Below, one piece after another: positions 23,301-36,495 of a DNA stretch of 44,204 bases. Position 1 is the first letter of the stretch, and each line of letters starts with the position of its first letter. The stretch lies in contig NC_068981.1 of assembly GCF_001194135.2 (NCBI RefSeq), positions 12,305,682 to 12,349,885 on the forward strand, given 5' to 3'. The notes under the pieces are model-generated. The model made no database searches. It was not told the origin of the DNA and saw nothing but the letters and a program-made list of their open reading frames with translations. Both the position numbers and the translations under genes were made by a program. Source of the stretch: Octopus bimaculoides. Taxonomy: Eukaryota.

Positions 23301-26300
23301 ATATCTTTGGTTATTTGATCCATCACCATGTTCCTGTTACCATCTTCCTGTTATCCATCACCATCTTCAAGACACTCCTATCCTTTCTTAAATTCACTTG
23401 CCTATTTTTGTACTGTTTAAAAAGCTGGAGTGATACCCACTAATGTAGTAACAATGTCAGCATGAATGTCCATGGGGACTAAAAGGCTTTTTTTTTGAGA
23501 TACTTTATAATACCATGATGCCAAATTTTGTCCATTGTCAAGTGGTTACCAACGACTCTTGAAATATTCTCTCAACAGTCAGGGGTCAATGATATGCTGG
23601 TGTCACCTCGCCTGGAAAGAAACAATGAAGTTATCAACAGGAACATCCATGCAAAATTTCATAGCTCTAACATCACTCCTTCATACTTAGCATATGAACT
23701 GTCTGCCCATTGCATTCTTAAGACGTTTTAATAATCCTAAACATATTAAATATGACAAGCTTAACTACGATGATATACATTAGTCTACGGCACCAATTCA
23801 GCTTGACAATTATCCCTTCATAATTATTGCACTAACCAAATGCAAAACAAGAACTGATATTCGAATACTCTCGGCGTCTTAATCACAAATTTGCCTCTCT
23901 GTTATCCTGTCGTCACAGTCCAGACATACTCTCACACGAATATTGTCTTCTTTTCACATTCAATCGTGTGTCTCTCTGTCGATTCTTGCGTGTGTAAATG
24001 AGTGTGAACTTACCAGAATGTGTGTTTTGGTAGGCTTGACCATAAAAGCTTCATTTTCAAATCTATGACTCCTCTCTCATGTAAAACATAATATCTCACC
24101 ATCTATACAGTGATACCAACTAAATGTCATATAAATTACATAGTTGAGTAGAATAAGGCATGCAAATAATTTCACATTTTATTTATATACTTTGCTGATG
24201 AAGCTGAAAAAAATAATGCAATTTATGTAATCACACCAATGGACATACCGAATCACGTGTATGTTAAATAACACTGGGAAAATTAATTAGCCTTTGTGTA
24301 TTTTCATTATTTATGTACTTATATATGTACAGAGTACATATATACAGGCACGCACAAACATACACGCATACATATATGCATATTTGCAGAAATACACACA
24401 AGCGCGCGCATACACAGACATATATGTGTGTGTGTTTATTTCCGCGTGTATATGCGTATGCGTGTAGCAAGGACATAATATTTTTTTCCAACGCTAATAT
24501 ACCATGTGTATTATGAGTTTATGAGGCAATAGTTACTTTTGCGTAAGCAGTGCGATATTCTCAGTTTTCAGTTTATCCTTATAGATTATCTATAAAATTC
24601 AGAGTTAGTGCTGTAAGTTACAATGTTTCGTACATGAATACGCCTATATAAACAATGTAATCGAAGAACGAAATATAAGTAATGAGTGTACATACATATT
24701 TCAAGAGTTATTGCACTTTCAACAGCACCACAGTCAACCCATCTAACATCAACGAACATATAGAGCTATGTCATGAGATATACATAAACACCCATCACCT
24801 GTGGTTTCATCCTCAACCACATTGTTTCCATAGAATTATTCGCATACGAAACATTTTAACGTGTGGTTTTAGCTCTGAATTCTATTGAAAATCTCGACCT
24901 AAACTTCATAGTGAGAGTATCGCGCTACCAACTCAAAAGTTTATCTCAGTATTTACGTGTAAAACTGTATCATACTTTGTAGTATATTGAGGAAGCAAAA
25001 CGAAATACTTTGTCCTTACTAGCAATTAATATGTTCATACCAGTCGCCAAGAATGTATTTAATGTATAAATTGGTTTATTCTACAATCGGACACAAATAA
25101 ATTCAGTGGGCATTTAGACAACCCCTTCGTGGATAGCAGATGTGTTGGGCGTATAGAAAACTCATTTTACAATTCTCCATTCGGTGAAAACTTTGATATT
25201 TATTAAAACCATTCTGTAAATTCCTGGTATTTCTATTTACTTGAAGCCGTACATTGTGGCACTTACAGAATCTCATTAGCAACCTCGCTGCCGGTGTCAC
25301 ACTTCTTAAAAATTTGATAATTTATGAATGTATTTGATTATATTCTAAGCCTCAGTCATTATTGAGTAAATGTAAAATTAAATATGATATTTACCCCTGC
25401 AAACATTCCTTCTCTCCTCCAGATATAATGTTCCTTTTAAAGTAAATCAAATCTATTTTTCAGAATCGACATTGGCTTTGTTTCTGAAAGCAAGGAAGTT
25501 CTTGAAATCCTCACCACCCCTAACCTGTCCAAAATACTTGAAAGCCCTTCCATGCCTATTAATTCCAAAACTGTGTTCATCAATGAGAAGTGAAGACATC
25601 AACACCACTCACTGCCGATAATTGATATTAGTCTCAATAAAATAAAATTCTTCCCTGATATGGTTAACATTTCTGCAAATAATTTCTGTCTCGTTTCCTG
25701 CACTTTTGAAAAGAAGTAATTTCTTTTAACTTCTCTGCTCTATGCCAAAATATTATATTTTTACTATATTCTTGATCAATATATTAAGCATATGTCTAGT
25801 AATGTGTTATACATACAGACCACTAAGAGCAGATATTTAGAGAATTTTAGTTACGTCTGCAATTGGAAATATGCTCAAAATTGAAAATAAACCTATAAGA
25901 CTACATTAAATAGACAAACACGCTTGATGTCAAGGAACTTGGTGCCGTATATCAAATATTGAGAATATTGGTTTTCTCGGTTCTTAGAATGGAAGGTTGA
26001 TTACATTGCCTGATGGAAATAAATCGTTATTAACCTAACGAAATTAGGCCAGAGATGATGTGCGGATGAGCTTTCCTTTGAAAGGTAAACAGGTGTAGAT
26101 TCTGAGATGTGCATTTCATTTGTCTTTTGACTATAGAATTACGAAATAAAGCAACAACAAAAACTTAGACAGAAGTTTTGAAAGAATATCATTTCATATG
26201 TTATTGTCAAAAGTCATCAACCCCTCCATGTACTAGAGAATACAAGTTTTCTTTTTTCTACTGAAAAGAATTTCCTTTGTATCTTTCTGTGTTTTCTTTA

Positions 26301-28190
26301 ACTCACTTATCTCCATATATTGTAATGTGATCCATGTCTTATTATATTTCTCGGCATAGTATAATATATGCTGGAGAGCCTGGTGAGTTATCATTTTTAT
26401 AAAGTTGTAGCTGCAAGTTATAATCATTCACATATCAGCTTACGTAAATAATATTAGAAATCTGTAAATTTTATATTGAAAGTTATTTTATGTGATTGAA
26501 AGTTTGATTAATCTAGAATCACAAGAGTAAAATTTAAATGTTTTGGAATGATGACATTCATAAAAATCAAAGAATTCCTAGTTTAGTTTTTAGCATCAAT
26601 ATATTACGACCTTCCTCAACTACAATTGATAAACACGTGACCATTTTTGAAAAGTAAGCTAAAGTCTTTGAAAAATGCTTTATATCGTCAACATTATTCA
26701 TCTTGATTATACTTCAAATTTAATTGTTTCTTGTGATTTATTACAATCGTTGCTATTAGCATTTTGTTACGTTAATAAGTCGTACTTGATTGGATATGTA
26801 ATGATTTTTTGAATGTTATAAATCATTTTTAATACTCAAAATATGTTATCACTGGTAATAAATTCATTTTACGAATGCACACACAGTGTAATCCATATTT
26901 TGATCTCATTGCATTAAAGTGCCAGCTTACAATTCTATTTTAATGTTTGCAGTTGGAGGATCAATACAGGCTTTGTGAATCGGCGTTTGTGTCGACAGAT
27001 TCATAATTTAGATACTATTATTGTTGACTAAAGATGAAAACTATATCCTTTTAAATAATATATGTGAATCTCTTGCTTTAATTTCCAACATATAAAACTG
27101 AACTTGTGAATAGCGATTGGAAAACGAATAAGTTTAGCGATGGTCAGTATCTAATTAAAAAGAGAAAAACAAACATTACGTAACTTGTGCGCTTTCTTAT
27201 GGATATAGGTAATATATTTAACATTAGAGATATACAATATATTAAGCCCATCGCAAGTTACTAAATCGCGGGGAATTTAACCCATGACTGACAATAAGAC
27301 GCCAATGAAAATTCTGAGACCATAACCTGTTAATATTTTTCATGGCAAGATTGACTCACTATTAATCACTTATGAAAAGCAGAATTTTTTCAAAACGTTT
27401 AGTTGAATGTTAGAAAGCTTATAGTGATCGTAAATTTCCCACTTAAAGGACATACATGATAACATATTGGAGAATATCATATTTGAAAATCGATTCTGTT
27501 GTAATGGAAATATTTTCATAAAGAGTAAATTTATCATTAATAGGATTAACATCTCATTAGAAAAAAACAGTGAAGTATATGAATTTTGTTATTTTTTATT
27601 TATTGGTTTCTTAAAAAAATAACATGTATTTCCTTGAGTATCCTAAACAATCAGTTTTTTCATTATCTTTGCAAGTAATTATAGATATATGTCTAACATT
27701 ATTACTTCAATTATGTCAGACACTCTATTTGAGAGATCAAGTTAAATTGGTGAGGGGATACATTTTCAACAAGTAAATCCTGTGTTTTTATAAAACACCA
27801 TTGATGTAAGGAACAAAACATAATTGAAAGGCAAAAAACAAAGAGAAAGAAATTAATTAAAATAAAACGATAATAAAATAAGAACGTAAATGAATCAAAC
27901 AGCAGGATTAGCAATGAACTTTACAAAATTATATAAATTGCCTTCTAGTTCTTACATCGAAGGAAAAAGCATGTATTTTTCGTATATTATAATTAACTAA
28001 GTCGATTTAATTGTATAATTTCTATTTATTATCGTAATCAATCACGTTGCCTCCTCTTCAAATTTCTCGTCATCATTAGTTTCATCATTTTAATTATCTC
28101 ATTCACCCTCTTCCAAACTTATGATTATTTTACTATAAATAATTTGAATAAATAATTGTTTCTGACGCAGCATATATAAAATAAAATCTA

Positions 28191-29399
28191 TCAACGATGT
28201 CCAGGAGTTCTGTTAATTGAAAAAGTTGTTTGTTCCGTGGAAAATGTATTCATGCGTTCTTTTAATCTCTGCCACAATGTATACATCGTTTTATATCCAT
28301 GTACGTGGTAAAAAACAAGCGTTCGTGTGGTGTCCTTGAAAAACCGATCCAATACCTTTCCAGAGTCAAGTACATAGGCCGAATTAAAACGGACATGTTT
28401 AATACCTAATGCTTTTACAAGCACACCAGTTACATAAACATCATCGATCCAAAAAAACGGTATTGTTAATGATTTTTTGAATAATCGGACGGCCATGTCA
28501 GGGCTCATAACATAAGCAGATCCCGAACAATACGATGGATACGTGTCCTTTGGAAATTCTTTACGTGAAACAAACCACTTACTCCGTCTGTCTCTGATCA
28601 CTCTCATTCCTGTCCATACATTACACATTATAAAATCTTCCTGGCCAAAATTGTGCTGATGAAGATCGGTCAACTGTTTTGCCAGCAGAAAAATGTTGAC
28701 TAATATATCATCATCTGTTTTTAGTATATATGTAATATTGTGGCAATATGTTGCGATCCAGCGCAACGCAGCCATTGCCTTAAAGTTTAAGTTCCGATAC
28801 GAGTCGCGGAAAACACTCTGCATTATGTCATTGTAACGGTCAGATTCTAATTTGACCATATCCATAACACGAGGGCTGTCGACGACACCCATCACAAATA
28901 CTAACCTGATTTTAAAATTGCCCAACAGTTTTTTGTCACCCCATGTTTGTCGTATTGCCATTCGTCGCTTAAAGTTATTTGGTGCAGTGTGAATATAAAC
29001 AATCACAAAATTATCAGAGGCACACAACAAAGAAGGATTAATGATTTGACTGGCGTTATAAGGCAGTCCTATTTCTGGCGGCACCAATAATGAAGAGTTG
29101 TTCCAAAGTGAATTTTGTAATTTTAAAATTTCATCTTGTTTTGAGTGTAAATCATTTTCTAACGAATTTTTACTGTTAATATTTTTATTGATGTTGTTAT
29201 TGTGATCAATGTTATTGTTCTTTCTTTTTTCCCCTTGAACCTCCTGCCGATCCCGCGCCGGTGACGATGACAGCTGTATTAGTTTCATATCTTGTTTTTT
29301 TCTAGAAGCTAGTTCACGAAGAATGAAAAACGAACAGAGCGACAAGAATGCGAGACCCATGTAGAATATGCGGAAAACTTTGGGTAGGCGCGGGAACAT
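28191..29399 (-). CDS. GT31 / beta-1,3-galactosyltransferase 1-like, paralog B, intact, 402 aa, single coding exon
   Basis: The first in-frame ATG is at 29399; the ORF-track start at 29558 is a GTG, with an in-frame TGA upstream at 29589-29591. TM segment IFYMGLAFLSLCSFFIL, Asn-rich stem, motifs RMAIRQTWG, FRDSYRNLNFK, KTDDD, YPSYCSGSAY, WIDDVYVTG. Family is clear; the exact ortholog is not. Confidence 0.93.
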   Translation of the reverse strand: MFPRLPKVFRIFYMGLAFLSLCSFFILRELASRKKQDMKLIQLSSSPARDRQEVQGEKRKNNNIDHNNNINKNINSKNSLENDLHSKQDEILKLQNSLWNNSSLLVPPEIGLPYNASQIINPSLLCASDNFVIVYIHTAPNNFKRRMAIRQTWGDKKLLGNFKIRLVFVMGVVDSPRVMDMVKLESDRYNDIMQSVFRDSYRNLNFKAMAALRWIATYCHNITYILKTDDDILVNIFLLAKQLTDLHQHNFGQEDFIMCNVWTGMRVIRDRRSKWFVSRKEFPKDTYPSYCSGSAYVMSPDMAVRLFKKSLTIPFFWIDDVYVTGVLVKALGIKHVRFNSAYVLDSGKVLDRFFKDTTRTLVFYHVHGYKTMYTLWQRLKERMNTFSTEQTTFSINRTPGHR

Positions 29400-29605
29400 T
29401 GGGGCCGGCGATCTCTTATGCCGGCTGCGTTTTACATGTCTTACACCTCTCTCCGCTCGTCGATGGCCATCGTCATGTGAGGGAACGACAGGAGAAGGAG
29501 AATTCTTCTTGTTTGGAACTGGAATGATTGCAGAACTAGCTGCCTGGTCGCTGATCACGACATCTGCAGCCTGCTTGAACGATTCGCTTCAACCGCCAGG
29601 TAGCT

Positions 29606-29625
29606 CTGAAAGAAGAAAATAAAAA
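29606..29625 (-). promoter_or_regulatory. Probable 3' splice acceptor preceding the paralog B coding exon
   Basis: Minus strand reads TTTTTTATTTTCTTCTTTCAG|AGCTAC, at the switch from AT-rich to GC-richer sequence. This implies an upstream 5'UTR exon, which was not located. Confidence 0.65.
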
Positions 29626-30258
29626 AGTAATCATTAGTGAAATCTAAAGAATCAAATTAGGAGTGCACATATATACATTGAGACAGAAATACAGAAAGCA
29701 AGTGGAGTAAAACGAAAAGAAAGGGATAGGTACGAAGAAAGAAAAAGCGAGTAATTTGTATACGTAAAAAATATAATGCATATGCTGTATAAATTATGAC
29801 ATAAAAATATAAATTATACATGGAATGGATGTAGATATACGCGATGTAGATACACGCAATGTAGATATCTTAGAGTTTTTTCATTGAAAATCGGACAAAT
29901 AAATACATAAATGAATACAGTAAAGAGAGGAAGAAATACAGAAAGGAAGAGAGTATTACAGATTGGGGAAAAGGGCAGTTAGGTAGAGAGGTGTGTAAAG
30001 ATAAAATAAATGAGATTCAATTATCAACAAGACATTAATGTTTGAGACGAAAATGAATGAATGCATGGCGTCATGAGTCCACATGTAATTGTACAAAGGT
30101 CATTTATATAACGACGCAGATTTTTCAGGTTACAAAAGATAAATTCACCAGACGAAGGATCACTGTAGATATATTAGGAAGCACGTGGGCTCGCCCACAC
30201 ACACACACACGCGCGAGCACGCACACACACATGCACAGATATATGTACGTGTGTGTGC

Positions 30259-30297
<39 letters not shown>

Positions 30298-30989
30298 GAA
30301 AATAAAACAGATATGTGTGTATTAAAACACTATGTAAGATATAGCAAAAAGACATGATGTTAAATAGAAATTAGGCATAGAGGTATGAATACAGAATCTT
30401 TATTTGTATTGAATTTAAGGCTTATAACATTCCATCGTAAACTATTGCTTACGAAATTAAATTTGGTTTTTATTTTTTTCAGTAAAACCTTGATAGTTGG
30501 ATTCTTCGATATAACTACTTACTTAATGTTTTGTAGATGTGTACAAACACTTTTTTTGTATGGGCATTAATAGAAAGAAATAGTAGGACTAGAATGAGAG
30601 ATTCTCTTTACTCGATTCAGTTCTATATTTTGTTCATAAAACTTTCATGTGTGTTTACGTTATTATTTAGGGGTTGTTGTAACACCATATCCAGTTGATA
30701 GATTGTATCGAATAGAATCAATTCTTTAGTGTTGTTATTTTTATTTTGTCAACGCTAAGGGTATTTCCTCCACGTTAATTTCTAAATGTAATCACCTGTC
30801 TTTTCTGAGTTTATTTGAGCCTTTCAAACGATATCAGCAAAGGATGCATAAGACTGTTTGCACATCCAAGATCTCACCGCCCGTCTATGAATATATGATG
30901 GACTTAAAGAAAAGATTCATTCATTTAAGTTTTCAAAAGTAACTTTTTGCGTTTACACTTCGCCCAGTCATCAATATCTGCAAGCCTAG

Positions 30990-31320
30990 TGAGACATCAA
31001 CAGATGATCGTCACATGCTTCATTTCAACAGCTTTATTTGATCTTTATGCCGACGACACAAAAATAGTACAGGCAGTCAAGGTACCTTCTGATGTTAATC
31101 TTCTACAGAAACACCTAGGTGCCATATATAAATTGGCTGAGGAACACAATATGCAATTTAATGCAGGCAAATTCCAAGCCCTCCACTACCAGCTAATTGG
31201 CGCTCCGAAGTCACAACAACGATACATTGTACCAAAAAGAGCGGCAATCCGAGAATCACACACGGTGCGTGATCTCGGGATTCATATGAGCAACGATGCC
31301 TCGTTTCACATGCATTACGG
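30990..31320 (+). mobile_element. CR1/L2-type LINE RT fragment
   Basis: LYADDTKI...LLQKHL.AIYK.AEEHNMQFNAGKF...VRDLGI.MSND. Same family as 37480-38845. Confidence 0.85.
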
Positions 31321-31856
31321 TGTGAACGGAGAGAAACCACAAAAGCAGACACAATGAGCAATATCGTTTCTAATTACATGCACTAATTCTATATGCAATT
31401 CCAGAGTTTTTCAAACTATAATGATTATTTGCAAATATGCAAGTAGCCGTCAGGCTCCTTTTAATCCGCTTCCTTATAGAAACAGCAGAATGAGGTATCT
31501 AACATAGTTTTCTGTTCAAGCATAAATAAAATTTTATATTCGTTTTTATATATCGTTCTAAAAATCCCATCATTTCAAACGCAAGGGGCCCTTGAAATAC
31601 ACTTTTGTCTCCATATGTCACTAGCTTCTTAAATAGCAAACACTAATTTTAGAATTATTCGAATACGAATATCAAAGCTAAAACTGCTTTTAAACTTTCA
31701 AATTCGATTTCGCCAAATGTGAAAATGTCCATAAATAACATTGAAACTTATTTAAGATATATATTTAAGATGTATTAAGATAAATATAGAGATATATGAA
31801 AGAAGGCAAAATGCTTATACGAAACTCAACTAACACTATACACGTGAATAATTACA

Positions 31857-32541
31857 TGCTTGCCTACACACACTTATTATCTTCCAAACTACTAATATAC
31901 TTGCTGTTGTTGGCACTCCGTTCAGATAAAAGAACAGGGAACGTTTCCTCCTAAGTGGCAGCAAGACACAGACACATAGACATACAGAAACAGATACACA
32001 CACATACACACATACACACACACGCACAATTGTAGGTTTGCACATGGATGCAAGTATACTAGTGGAGGCGCAATGGCTTAGTGGTTAGGGCAGCGGACTC
32101 GCGGTCATAGGATTGCGGTTTCGATTCCCAGACCGGGCTTTGTNNNNNNNNNNATAGGATTGCGGTTTCGATTCCCAGACCGGGCTTTGTGAGTGTTTAT
32201 TGAGCGAAAACACCTAAAGCTTCACGAGGCTCCCGCAGGGGATGGGGGTTAACCATGCTGTACTCTTCCACCACAACTTTCTCTCACCCTTGCTTCCTGT
32301 TTCTGTTGTGCCTGTAATTCAAAGGGTGAGCCTTGTCACTCTGTGTCACGCTGAATATCTCCGAGAACTACGTTAAGGGTACACGTGTCTGTGCAGTGCT
32401 CAGCCACTTGAACGTTAATTTCACGAGCAGGCTGTTCCATTGATCGGATCAACTGGAACCCTCGAAGTCGTAAGCGACGGAGTGCCAACAACAGCAAGTA
32501 TATTAGTAGTTTGGAAGATAATAAGTGTGTGTAGGCAAGCA
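31857..32541. repeat. Perfect 65-bp inverted repeat (31857-31921 / 32477-32541) around 555 bp containing a SINE
   Basis: acggagtgccaacaacagcaagtatattagtagtttggaagataataagtgtgtgtaggcaagca occurs once on each strand. Confidence 0.95.
32063..32493 (+). mobile_element. tRNA-derived SINE with well-preserved Pol III boxes
   Basis: A box tggcttagtgg, B box ggtttcgattccc, non-tRNA body, ending gtgccaacaaca. Confidence 0.85.
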
Positions 32542-32629
32542 GAAAACTTCTTAGATGTATTTACGTTAATTTTTTTAAGAGCCATCGTATTTGACACAAA
32601 CACGTATATTGAGGGAAAGCTATATATCT

Positions 32630-32830
32630 TTTTATCATTTACTTGCTTCACTCATTCAACTGCTGCCATGCTGGAGCACTGCCTTGAAGAATACTAGCCG
32701 AGACGATTCTGCCAATAATTATTATCTTTTAAATCCTGGGACTTATTCTATCTTCCCCTTTTAATGAATCGTTACGTTAAGAGGATGTAAACAGAACGCC
32801 GTTTGCTGAACAGTGGAGAGACCAAACATA
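32630..32830 (-). mobile_element. 3' half of CORE-like SINE, inverted
   Basis: gccatgctggagcactgcctt and acttattctatc...gttaag...gtaaaca match the reverse complement of the 16060-16253 tail. Confidence 0.7.
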
Positions 32831-33838
32831 GACAAAGAGACACACAGGCAGCCGCACGCATGCTTACACGCACTTACACACACACACATACGCACACACA
32901 CACATAACTACACACACACAAACACATATAAACTAAGCGATGAAATAAAAGATAGATGTATTTGGCATTGTGTGCGACACTGCAGAATTCTTGAAGTAGA
33001 TCCAACGGAAATATACCCCAACTGAAGACAACACCAGTTGACCCAAACAGTACTAGCGCTCTCCTCAACGCAACATCGCACTAAATGACATATACCCATT
33101 AGTCCAAAAAATTACACACACACACACACACACACACGTTAATTTTCGCTTAAGTATAGAGATACTAAGGATTTTAATTAAAGAATCAATATACATATGT
33201 TGTCAAGTACAGAGCAGTACGAAAAGTTTATATAAATGACTATGGAATGAGAAATTTTGTAATGAAGTCCATTAGCTTACTGGACTGTGCTAGACACTTG
33301 CCCAACCTGCCGCATTCTTTTCTGAACCCCTATCAACTGAAGGTGTTGCCCCTTAATTTACACACATGATTACAATATTCTGCATGCATTAATAAATTCT
33401 AAATAATAGCATAATAAATGAACAGAGCTCAGCTTAAAAAAGACTATATAAAAGAAGGGAAATTGAAATCAAGTATACCACAGTCGAAAAGTCGAGGTTT
33501 TCAATAATATTCTTGTTACAGAATAACGAACATGTACTCTATTAAATGTATTGAGTAATCCGGTTCAATGTTGTCTCACACAGGTAAGGTGTTTATTTCT
33601 AAGCATGTGTTTATATGTACCAACTACTTTTGTCGTTTTCCGTTATGTCATCTCCATTCGTGCTACCGGTCTGTCTATTTTTGATTCTGTGTGCTACTGG
33701 TCTGTACATTCTCTCATTCATTCCAAACAGCATTTTGCTGATGAAGCCACAAAGACGAATAATCTTATAGTTAAACGCGAGAATTTGTCATGATGCTTCG
33801 ACAATTGCTGACGAGAGAAGAGCATACACACACACACA

Positions 33839-33911
<73 letters not shown>

Positions 33912-34138
33912 NNNNNNNNNNNNNNNNNNNNNNNNNNNNNNNNNNNNNNNNNNNNNNNNNNNNNNNNNNNNNNNNNNNNNNNNNNNNNNNNNNNNNNNNN
34001 NNNNNNNNNNNNNNNNNNNNNNNNNNNNNNNNNNNNNNNNNNNNNNNNNNNNNNNNNNNNNNNNNNNNNNNNNNNNNNNNNNNNNNNNNNNNNNNNNNNN
34101 NNNNNNNNNNNNNNNNNNNNNNNNNNNNNNNNNNNNNN

Positions 34139-34170
<32 letters not shown>

Positions 34171-34199
34171 CGGTGAATGTTTAGTAAGTGCAAGAGTTC

Positions 34200-35220
34200 C
34201 CTTTGGACTCAGTTCTCAGTGCTCCCTCTTCATCATTGTCCACCATGACATAACAAAGAGTTACACTTGGAAACTGCTATAAGCAGATGACATCATCCTT
34301 ACAGGGGAATATATAGCAAAATCATAAAGCGATACTGTAAGAATGCTAGTGAATCAAGAATCAAACAGCCTTAAAGTTAACTTAGCAAGACCTATTTCTA
34401 TTAAACAGAAAAAAAACTGATAGTATTCCGGCCCTTAATTAAATAGCCTGTGGAAGAATTAGAAAGAACATTACTGAAAGTTTAATAAGGTTTAAGTAGT
34501 GCAAAAATGGACACACAAGAGGTGCTGTGGAATCATAAAAAGTTAACGGAAATGTAATGTCACCATTTCGAAGATGTACTGAAGCAATAAACACTAAGGA
34601 AACGCGGGGAATAGATTTCCTCAAATGCCTTGGAGGTTTTCTTGAAATGCCTTAGACGTAGTAGACAGGTTACGTGTGTGGCCTACTTAGTAGTGAAAGC
34701 GGATGTTCTGAAAGTATAGTTGCTTGAATAAGAATTGAATGAAGAAATTTCAGAGAGCTTTTAGCATTTTCGGCTACAAGTGTTCTCTCAGAGCGAAAGT
34801 CAGATTCTATAATATTCTTGCGTGCTGAAAGAGCAATGCTAAACTGTAGTGAGACGTGTGCTGCGCATCTAAAGCACATGATGAGTCTAAAGAGGTATTG
34901 TCCAAGTAAGATCCGCTGGGTGTGCAATATCAGTGTATATGTACGATAGAGTGCCAAGATATTGGAAGAAAAAATGCGCATAACAGGAATTAGATGCAGT
35001 GTGCAAGAGAAGACGGCGTTATTTGGTCTGGTGATATAGATAAGGACAACCGGATCAAACATCGTTGGTCGCTTAACGGGAATGAACCTTCTGAAAGGTC
35101 AAGGCTCAGAAAGAGATGGGGTGAAGTAGTGAAGGTAGATCTGAAACGGACAAGTGTTACAGAAGCGATGATAAAGATCCGAGGTGATTAGCAATTCACT
35201 GCTCGCGAGAAACCCATCTA
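34200..35220 (+). mobile_element. RTE-clade LINE 3' fragments (second family)
   Basis: LFIIV..DIT...WKLL*ADDI at ~34225-34300. From ~34670: GCSESIVA.IRI...FRELL, ML.CSET, IRWVCNISV, RCSVQE, RKRWGEVVKVDL. Confidence 0.75.
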
Positions 35221-36295
35221 TCAACAAATATGATGCCCTAAACGCATTACCCCTTATTTTCATCCTCCTGTCTCTTGCTACATTATTTTAAACGTACTAC
35301 TCATTTCCGTGCCTTCAAATAGCTCTCTTCTCTATCATACCCCACCTTACTGCCTCAAAATTCATACGACCTGACAGTTACCTGGTGTGTTATACTTGAG
35401 TGAATCGATAACTTCTGTTACACTATTCCATAATACATAAATTTATATATTCTCTCTCTCTCTCTCTCTCGTTCTTTCTCCCTCCCTCTCACTCATACGT
35501 TTGGTGCACTTGCTCGTCCTATTTTTGGTTATTACGTATCATTGTCTCACGGAGTAACAATCACAATAATTTAATAAATGCATGTAGACAAAATATTTTG
35601 TTGCTTGTTTAGTTCGTATATATCTATAGAAGTACACTGTCAAAATCCATACAGCTGTGTCGATATGTTGTACTGACCAGATGACGCTAAATAAACAACC
35701 ATTGACTGCAATTGACATATTCTGACGAGCAAATCATTAAATCAATATTGCTATAGAAACTCCCCGCAAGAAAATTAAAAAGACTATATTTCAAATTGAT
35801 TGATGGGAGATTCTTTTCTTTATCTGTTATTTATACTATTCATCTTCAGATTGCTTTGGTACATATTTTTTTTTTTATCACGTATTTTCCAAAATTTCTT
35901 TTTCGTCAAATTTTTATTTATGCAAATTTTCATACATTGCATCGTCCTCAAGTTTAAAAGTACAAAATATTTCAAAATATTAATGGAAGTAAAGGACATG
36001 AACAGTCTACATAAATAAATGAAACGATCATATAACAAATTCGTATTGTTTGTACTTAAACGATTGCCAAACAATCAACGGTGAAAACATTTTCGAATCT
36101 TCATTTCCATATTGCGGTACGTGCACAAATTAGCTTTTGCATGGTTGTCAGTGTCCCATGCAGGGAAAACGTAAGAATTTTTGCAATGGAAAATAAAATT
36201 AGCACCACAAAACTGGGAATGAATCGATGAAAATGATTACCTTAGATAAAATAATAATAATAATAATATCTCTCCAGAAAATATTCTTTTCTATT

Positions 36296-36495
36296 CTAGG
36301 CACAAGGCCCGAAATTCTGGGGGGAAGGGACCAGTCGATTACATCGACTCCGGTACGCAACTAGTACTTAATTTATCGACCCCGAAAGGATAAAAGGCAA
36401 AGTCGACCTCGGCGGAATTTGAACTCAAAGCGTAAAGACAGACGAGATACACTAAGCATTTCGCCCGGCATGCCAAGGTTTTTGCCAGCTCGCCG
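36296..36495 (-). mobile_element. tRNA-derived SINE, well preserved
   Basis: Reverse strand: ggcgagctggc (A box)...tgagttcaaattccgccgaggtcgactttgcc (B box)...gggccttgtgcctagaa. Confidence 0.88.

Larger units (their letters stand above)
5855..34138. other. Seven assembly gaps: 5855-6550, 10932-10984, 15845-16056, 19485-20075, 22215-22224, 32144-32153, 33912-34138
   Basis: Runs of N, mostly bordered by microsatellites. Confidence 0.99.

Noticed and set aside
28025-28030. AATAAA on the minus strand ~160 nt after paralog B's stop
   Set aside because: Plausible polyadenylation signal, but the hexamer is too frequent in this AT-rich DNA to call.
29400-29558. 455-aa ORF start given by the ORF track
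   Set aside because: The codon at 29558 is GTG. The first in-frame ATG is at 29399 and aligns with paralog A's N-terminus. The extension is kept only as a hypothesis.
32063-32135. Possible tRNA gene
   Set aside because: A and B boxes are present, but I could not fold a cloverleaf and the sequence runs into a SINE body. The same applies to the other SINE heads.
32107-32190. Apparent 37-bp tandem duplication inside a SINE
   Set aside because: The copies flank a 10-N gap; assembly artefact.
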